64,000 nucleotides of DNA from Octopus vulgaris (GCA_951406725.2 OX597817.1:14322001-14386000); one strand, 5' to 3'. Counted from the stretch's first letter, positions 1 to 13,807 are shown. Numbers and translations: made by a program. The notes: a model not told the origin generated them from the letters alone.

Positions 1-1026
1 AATGTCATCACGGTATTATCTACCGATGAGACATAATGTTGGAGCTAGGACACTCTATAATGACATCCGTCGGAAGGATAATCCCGAGGACAAAGAAATA
101 AAACCCCACAATATGGTAGAAGCCATAGCCACTCATACTGAAAAGGAATACTGGTGGAATATACCAGTGAAGACCTCAATAAAATGTAAGCACAACAGAC
201 CTGATATAATGATTTGAGATAGAGAAGAGAAACTGTGCACAGCTGTGGAGATTAGCTGCCCAGCAAATGTTAACATAAAGCTGAGGATCAGTGAAAGAGA
301 GACCACCTATGCTGAACTATTGAGAAATCTGCAGTTACTCTATCCAGATCACAAGTTCAGATTTATACCTGTAATTATTGAGGCGTGGGATATGTAACAC
401 ACTACCTAAATACCAATCTTGAGAAATTAAGCTTCTCAAAACGAGAAAGGAGAAAGCTAATTCCAAGGCTACAGATCCAATCCACCACTGGAACTGTAAA
501 AATCAGTAAAACTTTCCAGAAATTTATCATTTAAATATATATGATCATGTCTAGATATGCAACTATATGTATGAGAATACATACATAAAACATACATACA
601 TACAAACATACATACATACATACATACATACATACATACATACATACATACATACATACATACATACATACATACATACATACATACATACATACATACA
701 TACATACATACATACATACATACATACATACATACATACGTACGTACGTACATACATACATACATACATACATACATACATTCATACATACATACATACA
801 TACATACATACATACATACATACATACATACATACATACATACATACATACATACATACGTACGTACGTACATACATACATACATACATACATACATACA
901 TACATACATAGAAACAAAAATACCATGTTATTGATGTTGAAATTCCAAAGAAGGATCCTTGGATCTAGGTTAGAAACCGGTTCTTTCTCCATTGTCAAGA
1001 AATCTTGAAATAAAACTGAACAGTGA
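1..1026 (+). mobile_element. 3' end of an R4/Dong-type non-LTR retrotransposon (restriction-like endonuclease domain, degenerate) plus 3' UTR interrupted by (TACA)n
   Basis: Translation gives ..YYLPMRHN..EYWWNIPVKTSIKCKHNRPDIMI..VEISCP..FIPVII: RHN, PD and E motifs of RLE-type elements. Stops and frameshifts are present. The UTR motif at 945-983 is shared with the element at 11695-13155. Confidence 0.85.
578..910. repeat. (TACA)n microsatellite
   Basis: Read directly; a TACGTACG variant block recurs at ~737 and ~857. Confidence 0.98.
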
Positions 1027-1119
1027 CATACATGCATAAATACATGTATACATGTATATATATGCCTGTGTGTATGGATATAAATGCATGAGTGTGTATG
1101 TATGCGTGAGAATATATAC

Positions 1120-1490
<371 letters not shown>

Positions 1491-2261
1491 GCATATATGC
1501 GCTCACATATTTGTATATTAAAAAAAGGGATATTTATCTCACTTCATAGTGCAGTAAATAGTAATTTTTTGGGGAACCATATTTTGCTTCTTTTTAACGT
1601 ACATTTAATCACGTTAAATTGTTCACCTAAACATGTATAGTATAAGCAAATGAAAAAAAGAAATATTTAGGAGACTTGAAGAATAAGAATAAACTTGTAC
1701 TTAACAACATGTTTGACGTAAATGATTGTACTTATTACGTTTTCTTATATATTTGCACTGCTGGAATTTGACTCGCTGTAATTGGTGAGAAAATTGCATC
1801 ATGATTACAATCTGATTTTGTAGGAAAACTTGTTGGAGCTTTCAAGAACTAATCCAGTATTCTAAAACGAAGTGTATGTTCCTACAGCAAAACGGAAAGT
1901 AAAAACGAAAGTAATCTGCTAAGCTTAGTTAATTATGGAGAAATAACGCAATTGTGTTCAACTCTGTCTTAAAACCCCTAAACATAAGATAGGAAGGTGG
2001 GGGGTGGGGGAAGAAGACTTGTAGTATCCCCCCTGTACGCAGATATGATTGTATGGTAAAGAAGTTCTCTTGGCAATCACATGGTTCTTTGTTCGATCCA
2101 ACTTCGCGGCACCGCGGGCAACTGTCTCCTGCGGTAGATTCTTGCGAGGCAATATGCCCTGAGTACGATTTGGCTGAGGTAGACTGCGCAGACGCTCAAT
2201 ATGTGTGTATGTATGTGTGTGCGTGTATGTACATGCGTGTGCAAGCGTGTAAAAAAAAAAT

Positions 2262-2737
2262 ATATATATATGTATGCATGTATGTATGTATGTATGCATG
2301 TATGTATGTATGTATTTATGTATGTATGTATGTATGTATGTATTTATGTATGTATGTATTTATGTATGTATGTATGTATTTATGTATGTATGTATGCATG
2401 TATGTATGTATGTATGTATGTATGTATGTATGTATGTATGTATGTATGTATGTATGTATGTATTTATGTATGTATGTATGTATGTATGTATGTATTATGT
2501 ATTATGTATGTATGTATGTATGTATGTATGTATGTATGTATGTATGTATGTATGTATGTATGTATGTATGTGTGTATGTATGTATGTATGTATGTATGTG
2601 TGTATGTATGTATGTATGTATGTATGTATGTGTGTATGTATGTATGCATGCATGTATGTATGTATGTATGTATGTATGTATGTATGTGTATGTATGTATG
2701 TATGTATGTATGTATGTATGTATGTATGTATGTATGT
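2262..2737. repeat. (TATG)n microsatellite
   Basis: Read directly. Confidence 0.98.
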
Positions 2738-2750
2738 GATTATATATATA

Positions 2751-3037
2751 ATTTTCAGAATGAGATAAAAATCCAAGGCTGTGAAAGATTTTAGAACATT
2801 TATAAATAGGTCTTACAGCTGTTTCCGGGATATTTTATATATCCCTTCATCGGAGACGGTGTGAGAAAATGGTTAAGCAATAGTTAAAATAACTAAAATA
2901 ACTATTGCTTAACCGTTTTCGCAGACCGTCTCCGATGAAGGAATATATAAAATATCCCGGAAACAGCTGTAAAGCCTTCTATTTATAAATGTTCTGAAAT
3001 CTTTCACAGCCTTGGATTTTTATCTCATTCTGAAAAT
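2751..3037. mobile_element. Palindromic element (~140-bp inverted arms), each arm carrying a hammerhead-like motif; probable Penelope-like pLTR foldback
   Basis: ATTTTCAGAATGAGATAAAAATCCAAGGCTGTGAAAG.. at 2751 is the reverse complement of ..CTTTCACAGCCTTGGATTTTTATCTCATTCTGAAAAT ending at 3037. Confidence 0.8.
2810..2857 (-). ncRNA. Minimal type I hammerhead ribozyme motif (core variant CCGAUGA)
   Basis: Minus strand: GUCU-CCGAUGA-A-GGGAUAU-AUAAA-AUAUCCC-G-GAAAC-AGCU-GUA-AGAC. A degraded mirror copy lies at ~2928-2975 (+). Confidence 0.65.
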
Positions 3038-3272
3038 CCTTTTATACATACACATACTGATATATGATCTACGTTGGACTCCTCATTCGTATAAATCACC
3101 GAACCTGGAGCTTAAATATAGTCTATCCATAGCACTTACTCAGCATTACCTGACACCTTTGGGTCTTATTGACATCATTACCTCGCATAACCTATATGTG
3201 TGTGTGTGTCTGTCTGTCTGTCTCTGTGTGTGTATGTATATATATATGTATGTATATATATGTATATATATG

Positions 3273-3330
<58 letters not shown>

Positions 3331-3336
3331 TATATA

Positions 3337-3566
3337 TATTTCTTTACTACCCACAAGGGGCTAAACATAGAGGGGACAAATAAGGACAGACAAACGGATT
3401 AAGTTGATTATATCGACCCCAGTGCGTACTGGTACTTAATTTATCGACCCCGGAAGGATGAAAGGCAAAGTCGCCCTCGGCGGAATTTGAACTCGGAACG
3501 TAACGGCAGACGAAATACGGCAACGCATTTCGCCCGGCGTGCTAACGTTTCTGCCAGCTCGCCGCC
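3337..3566 (-). mobile_element. tRNA-headed SINE family A (~230 bp)
   Basis: Head GGCGGCGAGCTGGCAGAAACGTTAGCACG with B-box-like GAGTTCAAATTCC; central GTCGACTTTGCCTTTCATCCTTTCGGGGTCGATAAATTAAGTACCAG; tail CCCTTGTGGGTAGTAAAGAAATA. Many copies in the window. Confidence 0.9.
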
Positions 3567-3574
3567 TTCTTATA

Positions 3575-3692
<118 letters not shown>

Positions 3693-3831
3693 ATATTAGG
3701 GAATAAATCCAAATTTACAGGAAAAAAATCAGATTTAGGATTAAATCCAATCTTATAGTAAAATATTATATAATATATTATATTATATATTATAAACTTC
3801 ATAAATTGAAACTGATTTGAAAATCGGAAAT

Positions 3832-3874
3832 CCACCTGAAGATTGTCATTGAGGACATGAAACAATTGTAGTGG
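3832..3874 (+). ncRNA. Minimal type I hammerhead ribozyme with canonical core
   Basis: CCAC-CUGAAGA-U-UGUC-AUUGAG-GACA-U-GAAAC-AAUU-GUA-GUGG, inside a ~270-bp insert (3694-3965) between two (TA)n tracts. Confidence 0.8.
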
Positions 3875-3958
3875 CGGTTTTTTTACTTTTTATTAAAATT
3901 TTATGTATTGATTAAGTCTTTCCTTGTTTGTTTTACAAAATAGTGGTTTTGTCTCTAA

Positions 3959-4022
<64 letters not shown>

Positions 4023-4634
4023 TCATAAATGAATGTATGTGTGTGTGTGTGTGTGTAAGAAAGAGTGAGTGAGTGTAGATGCAAGTCAATATAAAGTGTC
4101 TTTGTCCCCCCCCCCCACCGCCTGACAACCAGTGTCGGTTTGTTTACATCCCTATAACTTAGCAGTTCGGCAAAAGAGACCGATATTATAAGTATTAGGC
4201 TTTAAAGAAATAAGTTGTGAGTTCGATTCATTCGACTAAAAATTCTTCATGACTGAAGCAAGTAATAGATAAAATTAACATATATTTTAATTTTGCATTT
4301 CTCGTAGATTAACGGGCTAATGGGGAATCCACGATAACAATTGAGAACTCATCGGTCGAAATCCTGGCTATGCCTATTTAACTGGTATGTATTTCATTGA
4401 CCCTAGAAGGAAGAAAAGCACAATCGACTCAAGCAAGATTTGAACCTACAGCATTAAGTGACGTAACTAAATGATGTAGGCTTTTTGTTCTGTGTTCTAC
4501 GAATTCTGCCAACTCCCAGTCTGTCGTTAATTAAATGAATGGCTTAACTAGAACAATGGCTCTGAATATTTCCATCCATTTGTTCATCCGTTTTCCTCCG
4601 TCCTATATGTCTTCTATAATAATAAAAAATAAAT

Positions 4635-5137
4635 GCGCCCCTTTTAAAACCTAGCCAAGCTCATGGGCCCAGTTTCCTGGTTTCTATGGCGTATGTGTTT
4701 CCCAGCTGGACGAGACACCAGTCCATCGCAGCGTTACTCATTTTTGCCAGCTGAGTGGACTGGAGCAACGTGAAATGAAGTATTTTGCTCAAAAACACAA
4801 CGCGTCGCCCGGTCCAGGAATCGAAACCACAATCTTACGATCATGGTGCTGACACCCTAACCACTAAGCCACGCGCCTCCACTTAAATGTTCCATCTCGA
4901 GCCATGCCAGGCACTTAAGGGCCGGTTTCCCGGTTTCAGTGGCGTAGAAATTCCCCACCAGGACGGGACGCCGGTCCGTCGCAGGATTAATCATTTTTGC
5001 CAGGTGAGTGGACTGGAGCAAACGTGAAAATGAAGTGTTTTGCTCAAGAACACAACGCATCGCCCGGTCCAGGAATCGAAACCACAACCTTGCGATCAGG
5101 AGTTCAACACCCTAACCACTAAGCCACGCGCTTCCAC
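4635..5137 (-). mobile_element. Two adjacent tRNA-headed SINE family C copies (4635-4882, 4887-5137)
   Basis: Minus-strand head GTGGAGGCGCGTGGCTTAGTGGTTAGGGTG..GGTTTCGATTCC (A and B boxes), then TGTGTTCTTGAGCAAAACACTTCA and CAGTCCACTCAGCTGGCAAAAATGAGTA. A third copy is at 13808-14053. Confidence 0.85.
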
Positions 5138-6849
5138 ATATGTCTTCTATACTGGGGCCAAACTGGGACTACATCACATGAACAGCAGCTATACTGCTGA
5201 ACTATATCTTGTTTAATACAAATAAATTAATGAGTTAAAATAAGATATCGACCAGCCATCAGCGATGCAATTTTGGTTATCGTGCGGAATTTTTACTTCA
5301 ATGTTGTCAGTGATATCATTGAAAAATGCCATGAACACCCCAACTTTAATTCGCCATTATACAGAAAAGTCTTTATTTTAGACCGGCGGGGAAAAACCAC
5401 GCCTGTCTTTTTCTTGAGGCCGTCTCCGTGACAGGAATGATAGGAAGTTACGCCCAGAAACGGACATGTTTATTAAAACACACACACATACACACGTAGT
5501 TTATAGCACCATTGCTGGGAAATTAAGTTTTGTCAGTTTCCCTTCCACTGATATTTGTTTTCCTTGAATTTCCGCAGGTCTGCTGTTGGAAGCAGTAATC
5601 ACGCACAGGCATGACGACACTTAGATGGAAACAATGTTACAATGGAAAGACTGATCTCTAACTTTACTAGAGTCGTAGGAGAACGTCTGATCTTTGCTTT
5701 GGTGAGGCGTAGGAGAACGGGAAATAATGGCGTGTGCAGCGTGACAATTTTCACGTAATTTGTTTTTTCATTTCTTCTTTTTTCTCTTTGTACTGTACCT
5801 AATAAAAAGTAAAATTATTATTTTTATTATCATTAGTGTGTGTGTGTGTGATTAATAGCACCTTCACTTCTTTTATTTTCGACTGTTACTTATGTTTTAT
5901 TCTAGTTTATACATTTCTTTTTTATCTAACTATTCTTTTTATTTTTATTTCATGTGATTTTTATTTATTTATTATTAATTTTTTTTTAGAAGCGAAATTG
6001 AAAATAATGTTATCAACAAAAGAACTTTAAATGATTCGAAAAATCAAAACAGCGATGTGCTGTTTATTTATTTCGTTCTAGTTTTTTAAAATATAAAGGT
6101 AAAATATGAAGTAAAATTGAATCAACAACACTAAAAATCTTAATAAGTTAGTTTTCATATTAAACAGTTTCTTGGCTTCACACCTTTACAAATCATGCCG
6201 AGGGCAGAAAAACTATCTACTTATTTATTAGTGCACATGACCATTTTTAAGTGAATTTCAATTTAAAGTTTCAGGATTCAGGAATTCAGTTTCAGTTTCA
6301 TAGTCCTTCAGTGAATTTCGGGATTCACCAGTTCTGAGGAACCGAGGTCGGTATTGTAGCAATATTAAAAAATGAGGAGACAGTATATCTCTTAACCAGA
6401 GGCAAGAATGTGTTAGTGAATGACTCCATACTAATCAGTGATCTTTAAGTTTATTGGTGTTTTGGATGTGGTTAAGAATACCTGGAAGAACAACAACAGT
6501 AACTTCGTCCTAGACGTAGAGGCAATATTTCGTTGTGAATCTCATATGAGCTTTGTAGAAAGTTAGAACCTGAATATAGCTGAATTATTTGCACATTTAG
6601 TTTGTGTTGTGGGTATTTAAGAACAGATTGATACACAGCCACAGTACTTTAAGTTTCATGGCTGGATAAAACAGCCAAATCTGAAGATGTGCAGAGGCAG
6701 AATGGAGACAATTGAAATGAAATTTTTTAAATGGCTTCTAGGTTAGTTCAGGCCACATAAATACTTAAATAGTCAATGACAACAATTCTTTCTTTACAAA
6801 CTCCACGTGGTGGAACAGACAGGATGCTGGCGTATACATACGTGTGTCT

Positions 6850-6871
6850 GTATATATATATATATATATAT

Positions 6872-6969
<98 letters not shown>

Positions 6970-6990
6970 TGATTGATTGATTGATAGATA
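6850..6990. repeat. (TA)n-(GATA)n-(GATT)n microsatellite
   Basis: Read directly. Confidence 0.95.
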
Positions 6991-7214
6991 AAAGATGCTT
7001 TCTAAAGACGACTAACATAGTGTTGTGGCTTTCTTACATATGAGCTTTGTAGAAAGCTTTCTTACATATGAGCTTTGTAGAAAGTTAGAATCTGAATAAA
7101 GCTGAATTATTTGCATACACTACTTAAGAGCCGCTCCAGTTTCTGTGATGCAGTTATGCAGCGTTGTGGGCATTACATCGATAATAAAGAAATCATAACT
7201 GATTGTGAACTCTA

Positions 7215-8060
7215 ATAATCCTTTGTTATAGGCACAAGGCCTGGATTTTCTGGAAATGAGTGCAGTCGATTACATCGACCCAATGCTCAACTGGCGCTAT
7301 TTCACCGACCCCGAAAGGATGAAAGGCAAAGTCGACCTCGGTGGAATTTGAACTCAGAACGTAGCGACGGGCTAAATGCCGCTATGCATTTCGCTCGGCG
7401 TGTTAACGATTCTTATTTCTTTATTGCCCACAAGGGGTTAAAAATAGAGAGGACAAACAAGGACAGACAGACGGATTAAGTCGATTATATCGACCCCAGT
7501 GCGTAACTGGTACTTATTTAATCGACCCCGAAAGGATGAAAGACAAAGTCGACCGCGGCGGAATTTGAACTCAGAACGTAGCGGCAGACGAAATACCTAT
7601 TTCTTTATTACCCACAAGGGGCTAAACATAGAGGGGACAAACAAGGACAGACAAAGAGATTAAGTCGATTATATCGACCCCAGTGCGTAACTGGTACTTA
7701 TTTAATCGACCCCGAAAGGATGAAAGGCAAAGTCGACCTCGACGGAATTTGAACTCAGAACGTAGCGGCAGACGAAATACCGCTTAGCATTTCGCCCGGC
7801 GTGCTAATGTTTCTACCAGCTCGCCGCCTTCGTGAACTCTCATAATCCTTTCTCCTGGAAGCACATGACCTCTAATTCGGGGGAGGGGATTAAGTCGATT
7901 ACATCGACCCCACTGCGTAACTGGCGCTTATTTAATCGACGCAGAAAGGATGAAAGGCAAAGTTGACCGCGGCGGAATTTGAACTCAGAACATGAAGACA
8001 GACGAAATACCGCAAAGCATTTTTCCTGGCGTGCTAACGATTCTGCCAGCTCGCTGCTCT
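7215..8060 (-). mobile_element. Cluster of four nested or tandem SINE-A copies
   Basis: Repeated TCGACCCCGAAAGGATGAAAGGCAAAGTCGACC..GGAATTTGAACTC blocks. Confidence 0.88.
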
Positions 8061-8429
8061 TTTGTGAACTCTAATAATGGAACGACTTTTAGCATTTAAA
8101 ATATCTTTCGATGGTAATATTTCGAACGGATGGACTTTTTTTTTCATTTGGCATTCTTCAGAGTTTGGGGGCTTTAACTGTTTAATCTGCACATTTTGCA
8201 TGCGACAAAATGTGCAAATCATATATAAAAAGTTGAATGCAATAAGCACATGTAATATTCCAACGGTCTAAATGCCTCATCCATAGACCAAACTTAATAA
8301 TAATGCAAAACAACGCGAATGCATAATAGCAAATCGAACCTCATTTCGGGCTCAGCTTGCTAAGAACCTAGCACTTCTCTATAGCCAATTCCTGAAACAA
8401 AGGTTGAATATAATAGTGTTTGAATGTGG

Positions 8430-8662
8430 AAGGCGGTGAGCTGCCAGAACCGTTAGCACGCCGGGCGAAATGCGTAGCCGAAATTTCGTCTGCCGTTAAG
8501 TTCTGAGTTCAAATTCCGCTGAGGTCGACTTTGCCTTTCACCCTTTCGGGGTCGATAAATTAAGTAGCAGTTACGCACTGGGGTCGATGTAATCGACTTA
8601 ATTCGTTTGTCTGTCCTTGTTTGTCCCCTCTGTGTTTAGCCCCTTGTGGGTAATAAAGAAAT
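8430..8662 (+). mobile_element. SINE-A copy
   Basis: Full head to tail, flanked by an imperfect duplication ATATAAT(A/T)GTGTTTGA(A/G)TGTGG. Confidence 0.9.
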
Positions 8663-8800
8663 TATATGCAATAAAGAAACATATAATTGTGTTTGAGTGT
8701 GGTATGGTGTGGTATATTTACATGTGTACATCATACACACATACATACAGACAGACAGATATGTGAATATATCCTATATATGTTGGAACATATGTGAGTA

Positions 8801-9038
8801 CAATAATCTCTCGACTATCGCGGGTGTTACGTTCCAAAACACACCGTGAAAATCCGCGAAGTAGAAACAGTACTGTTCTGTATTTTTTTATATTTTTATA
8901 ATTTGTATATATTTATTTTATTATAAATGCAAAACAACACCACGGAGGAATGGACGTAAGCTTAAATGATAAACCGCGATAGTGAACCGCGATAAGTGAA
9001 TCACGATAGGTGAACCGCAATACGGCGAGGGATTACTG
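8801..9038. mobile_element. Tigger/pogo-type MITE
   Basis: TA|CAATAATCTCTCG...CGAGGGATTACTG|TA imperfect TIRs with TA target duplication; subterminal AACCGCGATA repeats. Confidence 0.75.
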
Positions 9039-9370
9039 TATATGTAATATATATGCTGCTAAAAAAAAGCAGACAATTTCTATCAGAACACAACTACGGC
9101 CCAGTTTCGAATCCTGGTTGTTTGTATCAAGCTAGGAATTGTTTATTTACCAATCAATATATTTATTAAACTACATAGCAGAAAGAGGGGCAATTTTTTT
9201 TTATTTGTCGAAATCAGTCATATTTTTAGCAAGTAGGGAAAAAAAGAGAAACAAAAACGAGAAAATTTAAACGGAAAGTTGCGATCCTGAGACATTTTTA
9301 GCTTAGCCTTTACACATGCTTCTAGCTAAGTCAGTGCACAACCGAATTTACTTGCGACACAACCGAGATT

Positions 9371-9413
9371 TAGTAGTAGTAGTAGTAGTAGTAGTAGTAA
9401 GTGGTGGTGGTGA

Positions 9414-9444
<31 letters not shown>

Positions 9445-9668
9445 GGTGGTGGTGGTGGTGGTGGTGGTGGTGGTGGTGGTGGTGGTGGTGATGGTGGTGG
9501 TGATGGTGGTGGTGGTGGTTGTGGTGGTACTGCTGGTGGTGGTGGTGGTGGTGGTGGTGGTGGTAGTAGTGGTGGTGGTGGTGGTGGTGGTGGTGGTGGT
9601 GGTAGTAGTAGTAGTAGTTGTAGTGGTAGTGGTGGCGGTGGTACTGCTGGTGGTGGTGGTGGTGGTGG
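9371..9668. repeat. (AGT)n/(GGT)n trinucleotide repeat
   Basis: Read directly; it is the source of the poly-G/P/V ORF artefacts. Confidence 0.97.
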
Positions 9669-9773
9669 CGTATACTTCGCTGTCATATCAGCCGAGGCCG
9701 GTGAATTATGAGTGGTCATCAAGTCAACTTCTTTACATTATAGCTTGTGGTTCACTAGCAGGTGTGTGCACTA

Positions 9774-9804
<31 letters not shown>

Positions 9805-10232
9805 CATATATATATATATATTTCACGTCTCATTCGTCTTGTCTTTATTTCCTTCTTTTCTGTTTGTTTAACGTTTCATTTCATCAACGTCGATGTTTTA
9901 AGCCCATCCATTTGCAGATCATATATGATAATAGATCACTAAAATGTTCTTTTTTTATTCTCTTTTTATCCTTATTACGTGACATATCTATTACTAAAGG
10001 TCAACACCTACTACTGAGGTTTCTAGCTTTTTCCATTGTCCGTTCCGTAAAATGCGTTGCTGCTTATGTTTCGGGACAAAAGCCTCTTTTAAAAACTCCA
10101 GATGGTAGAGTCAAAGGGATTCGGTGTTTTTATTAATAATTATATCCGAAACGGAATAAAAATAAATTACTCTTCGCTATACTGGACATATATATATATA
10201 TATTGATGTAAACATGTGCGTCAAATAAATTT

Positions 10233-10234
<2 letters not shown>

Positions 10235-10268
<34 letters not shown>

Positions 10269-11070
10269 ATGTATGTGTGTACATGTGTATGTGTACGTGA
10301 GTGTGTGTACATGTGTGTGTGTACATGTGTGTGTGTACATGTGTGTGTGTACATGTGTGTGTGTACATGTGTGTGTACATGTGTGTGTACATGTGTGTGT
10401 GTACATGTGTGTGTACATGTGTGTGTGTACATGTGTGTGTGTGTACATGTGTGTGTACATGTGTGTGTGTACATGTGTGTGTACATGTGTGTGTGTACAT
10501 GTGTGTACATGTGTGTGTGTACATGTGTGTGTGTACATGTGTGTGTGTACATGTGTGTGTACATGTGTGTGTGTGTACATGTGTGTTTGTACATGTGTGT
10601 GTGTACATGTGTGTGTGTACATGTGTGTGTACATGTGTGTGTGTACATGTGTGTGTACATGTGTGTGTGTACATGTGTGTGTGTGTACATGTGTGTGTAC
10701 TTGTGTGTGTGTACATGTGTGTGTGTACATGTGTGTGTGTACATGTGTGTGTACTTGTGTGTGTGTACATGTGTGTGTGTGTACATGTGTGTGTACTTGT
10801 GTGTGTGTACATGTGTGTGTGTACACGTGTGTGTACATGTGTGTGTGTACATGTGTGTGTGTACATGTGTGTTTGTACATGTGTGTGTGTACATGTGTGT
10901 GTACATGTGTGTGTGTACATGTGTGTGTACATGTGTGTGTGTACATGTGTGTGTGTACATGTGTGTGTGTACATGTGTGTGTACATGTGTGTGTGTACAT
11001 GTGTGTGTGTACATGTGTGTGTGTACACGTGTGTGTACATGTGTGTGTGTACAAGTGTGTGTGTACGTGA
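10235..11070. repeat. Compound minisatellite [GTACAT(GT)3-5]n
   Basis: Read directly; 12-16 bp units. Confidence 0.95.
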
Positions 11071-11276
11071 GTGTATGTATGTGGTGATGGAGGGTACGAG
11101 TTCATATCTGAGATTGCTTATTCATGCATGTGATCGAGCACGTTTGATATGTGTGTGTGTGTATACACACACACGCACACATATATATATGAACACACAA
11201 ACATGCATGCATACACATACATACATACATACATACATACATACATACATACATACATACATACATAAATACATAC

Positions 11277-11668
11277 ATGGCTGTGTGGTAAGTAGCTTGC
11301 TAACCAACCACATGGTTCCGGGTTCAGTCCCACTGCGTGACAACTTGGGCAAGTGTCTTCTGCTATAGCCCCGGGCCGACCAAAGCCTTGTGAGTGGATT
11401 TGGTAGGCGGAAACTGAAAGAAGCCTGTCGTATATATGTATATATATATGTATATGTATGTGTTTGTGTGTCTGTGTTTGTACCCCTAGCATTGCTTGAC
11501 AACCGATACTGGCGTGTTTACGTCCCCGTAACTTAGCGGTTCGGCAAAAGAGAGACCGATAGAATAAGTACTGGGCTTACAAAGAATAAGTCCCGGGGTC
11601 TAGTTGCTCGATTAAAAAAGGCGGTGCTCCAGCATGGCCGCAGTCAAATGACTGAAACATGTAAAAGT
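11277..11668 (+). mobile_element. tRNA-headed SINE family B (~400-500 bp, CORE-like segment, internal TA/TG microsatellite)
   Basis: TGGCTGTGTGGTAAG..GGGTTCAGTCCC (A and B boxes), MIR-CORE-like CTTGGGCAAGTGTCTT, tail GGTGCTCCAGCATGGCCGCAGTCAAATGACTGAAACA. Confidence 0.88.
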
Positions 11669-11694
11669 GTATACATACATACATACATACATAC

Positions 11695-13155
11695 TAAACA
11701 AAGAATGTTACAAGTACTTGGGCAGAGATGAAAATCTATCATATGAAGACACTGTGAATAAAGATAGAGTGACCCGAGAATATTACACCAGACTTAGGAA
11801 AATATGGCAGGCGGAACTCCCCTCTTACAATTAAACAATCCCACAATGCATTTGCAGTACCAGTGCTGATCCTAACATTTGGGATACTCGACTGGTGTGT
11901 AGAGGAAATCCACACCATAGATATCAAAACCCGCAAAATCCTGATATCAACTAGGAACTTCCACAGAAGCAGTGATGTTGACAGGCTCTACCTAAGAAGA
12001 AATGAAGGTCCTAGAGGCCTGAGATCAGTGCGGACGACCTTTGAAAGCCGTATGGTATCACTCAGGCATCATCTGCTAAACAACAGCAGCAAAAATAAAT
12101 ATATTGATGCAGTGCTGAAAAGTGAAGTGAGCAACATTGAACGAGTTGGCAGTGAGCTTCTCAAGAAGCATTCCCTTCCTGATGATCTCCTGTATATCCC
12201 CAAACTAGCTGGGCTTTCTTACATCAGAGAAGACCTGGATGGAAAGCACTCAGCACACAAGAAAAAAGAAACACTGTGCATGGGTATGTTGCCCAGAAGC
12301 TTCAAGAAGACGGTAGAATTAACACGAAGCGCAGCCTCTCTTGGACATAAGACCACTACATCACATTACACTTTGAAGGTTATGCGTTTGTAATTCAGGA
12401 ACAAGAGATTGCCACAAAGTACCTAGTGAACGAGAGAGACAGTGTCACTCTTGTAATTCCAAGGTACAACCACATGTGTAGGCTATGTCATGTTTCTGTA
12501 AAAGACATCACGCATGTGATTAGCAGCTGTCCTAAGATGTCGTGACGGTACTACCTACCTATGCAGTATAATGTTGTTACTAAAACAAATTCAATGCTAT
12601 TCACAAAAAAGACTGTCCTGAAATAAACTTAGAAAATCCCTCTGTTATGGAATACACTCATAAACACCAACTCAAGTAATACTGGTGGAATATTCCCATC
12701 AAAACTTCTGTCAAATATAAACATAACAGACCGGATATTGTTGTTTGGGACACAGGGGCAAAGGTATATACCATCATAGAGGTCAGCTGCCCTGCAGATA
12801 TAAATGTCGCATTCAAAATCAAAGAAAAAGAGGGTTTCTATGGACAACTGCTTCGAAACCTCCAGCTTCTACATCCAGACTATGAATTCATACTCATACC
12901 AATAATAATTGAAACACTAGGTTTTGTTAGTAAATGCTTAAAGGAGAATCTGGATAAACTGGGATTTTCAGAAAGAGAATTCGTACATTACAAGTGCAAT
13001 CTGTGAGTGGAATAGTAAAAATATGCAAGACATTTCTCAAGTTCCAAATGTGAATTTGTCTGTGTTAACTACATCCCAAAGATGGAGCCTTGTCTCTTTG
13101 TTGGAAACCGGCTCCCTGCTCAGTGAAAGATTTATGATAATTAAAAAATAGAAGA
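11695..13155 (+). mobile_element. 5'-truncated R4/Dong-type non-LTR retrotransposon inserted in (TACA)n
   Basis: YKYLG (end of RT), ..DIKTRKIL..DVDRLYLRRNEGPRGL, CCHC finger CRLCHVSVKDITHVISSC and HNRPDIVV..IEVSCP endonuclease, with frameshifts. (TACA)n lies on both sides. Confidence 0.88.
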
Positions 13156-13807
13156 TACATACATACATATATACATACATACATACCCTGTATCTGTAAG
13201 CTCTTGCACACTTACATATACAGGGACTATTTACCTATGCAATGAACACACACACACACACATCGTCACCACAACCGCCAAACATTTGTGGTGTAGTGCG
13301 TGTTTATTGTGTGTATGTATGTGTGTGCGCGTGTGTGAGCGCGTATGTGTTCCCTTGTTCTCAAAATGTCTAATGTCTCTTTATGTTGAATGTCATACCA
13401 GTTTATGATTTAATTTATGACGTTATTGCTCGCTATAAACATTGAATCAAGGCAAGGCATCTTGTCATAATGGGGACAATGTATTTTTGCATATGGTGTG
13501 TGTTCCGATGATGATGCATCAATCAGTGTGATCTATGTTCTCGTCGCAGTTGCATTTGAGGGAGTTTATGTTTGTTTATGGTGTCGATATATGAGCGCAT
13601 GTGCCTGTGTGTTTGTTAGAACAGCAGAAATTATAACAGTAGAAATTACTGAACCTGAAATTTAAGTCCCTCTGTCAAGGATCATGAGTTCAGCATTATG
13701 AATAACCCCACAATTCTGAGTCAACAATTGAAACAAATTCAAACGGTACTATCATCAGACGTTTTAGATTCGCAAAGGACTCGTGTAGAAAAAACATTTT
13801 TTTTTTT

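Noticed and set aside
5555-5760. Strong splice-acceptor-like TTTGTTTTCCTTGAATTTCCGCAG and a duplicated CGTAGGAGAACG
   Set aside because: No convincing reading frame or partner exon; cannot be supported without transcript data.
9316-9871. Gly-, Pro- and Val-rich ORFs; also the Thr/Arg/Val-rich ORFs at 48937-49507
   Set aside because: Triplet repeats open in several frames, with no unique flanking coding sequence.
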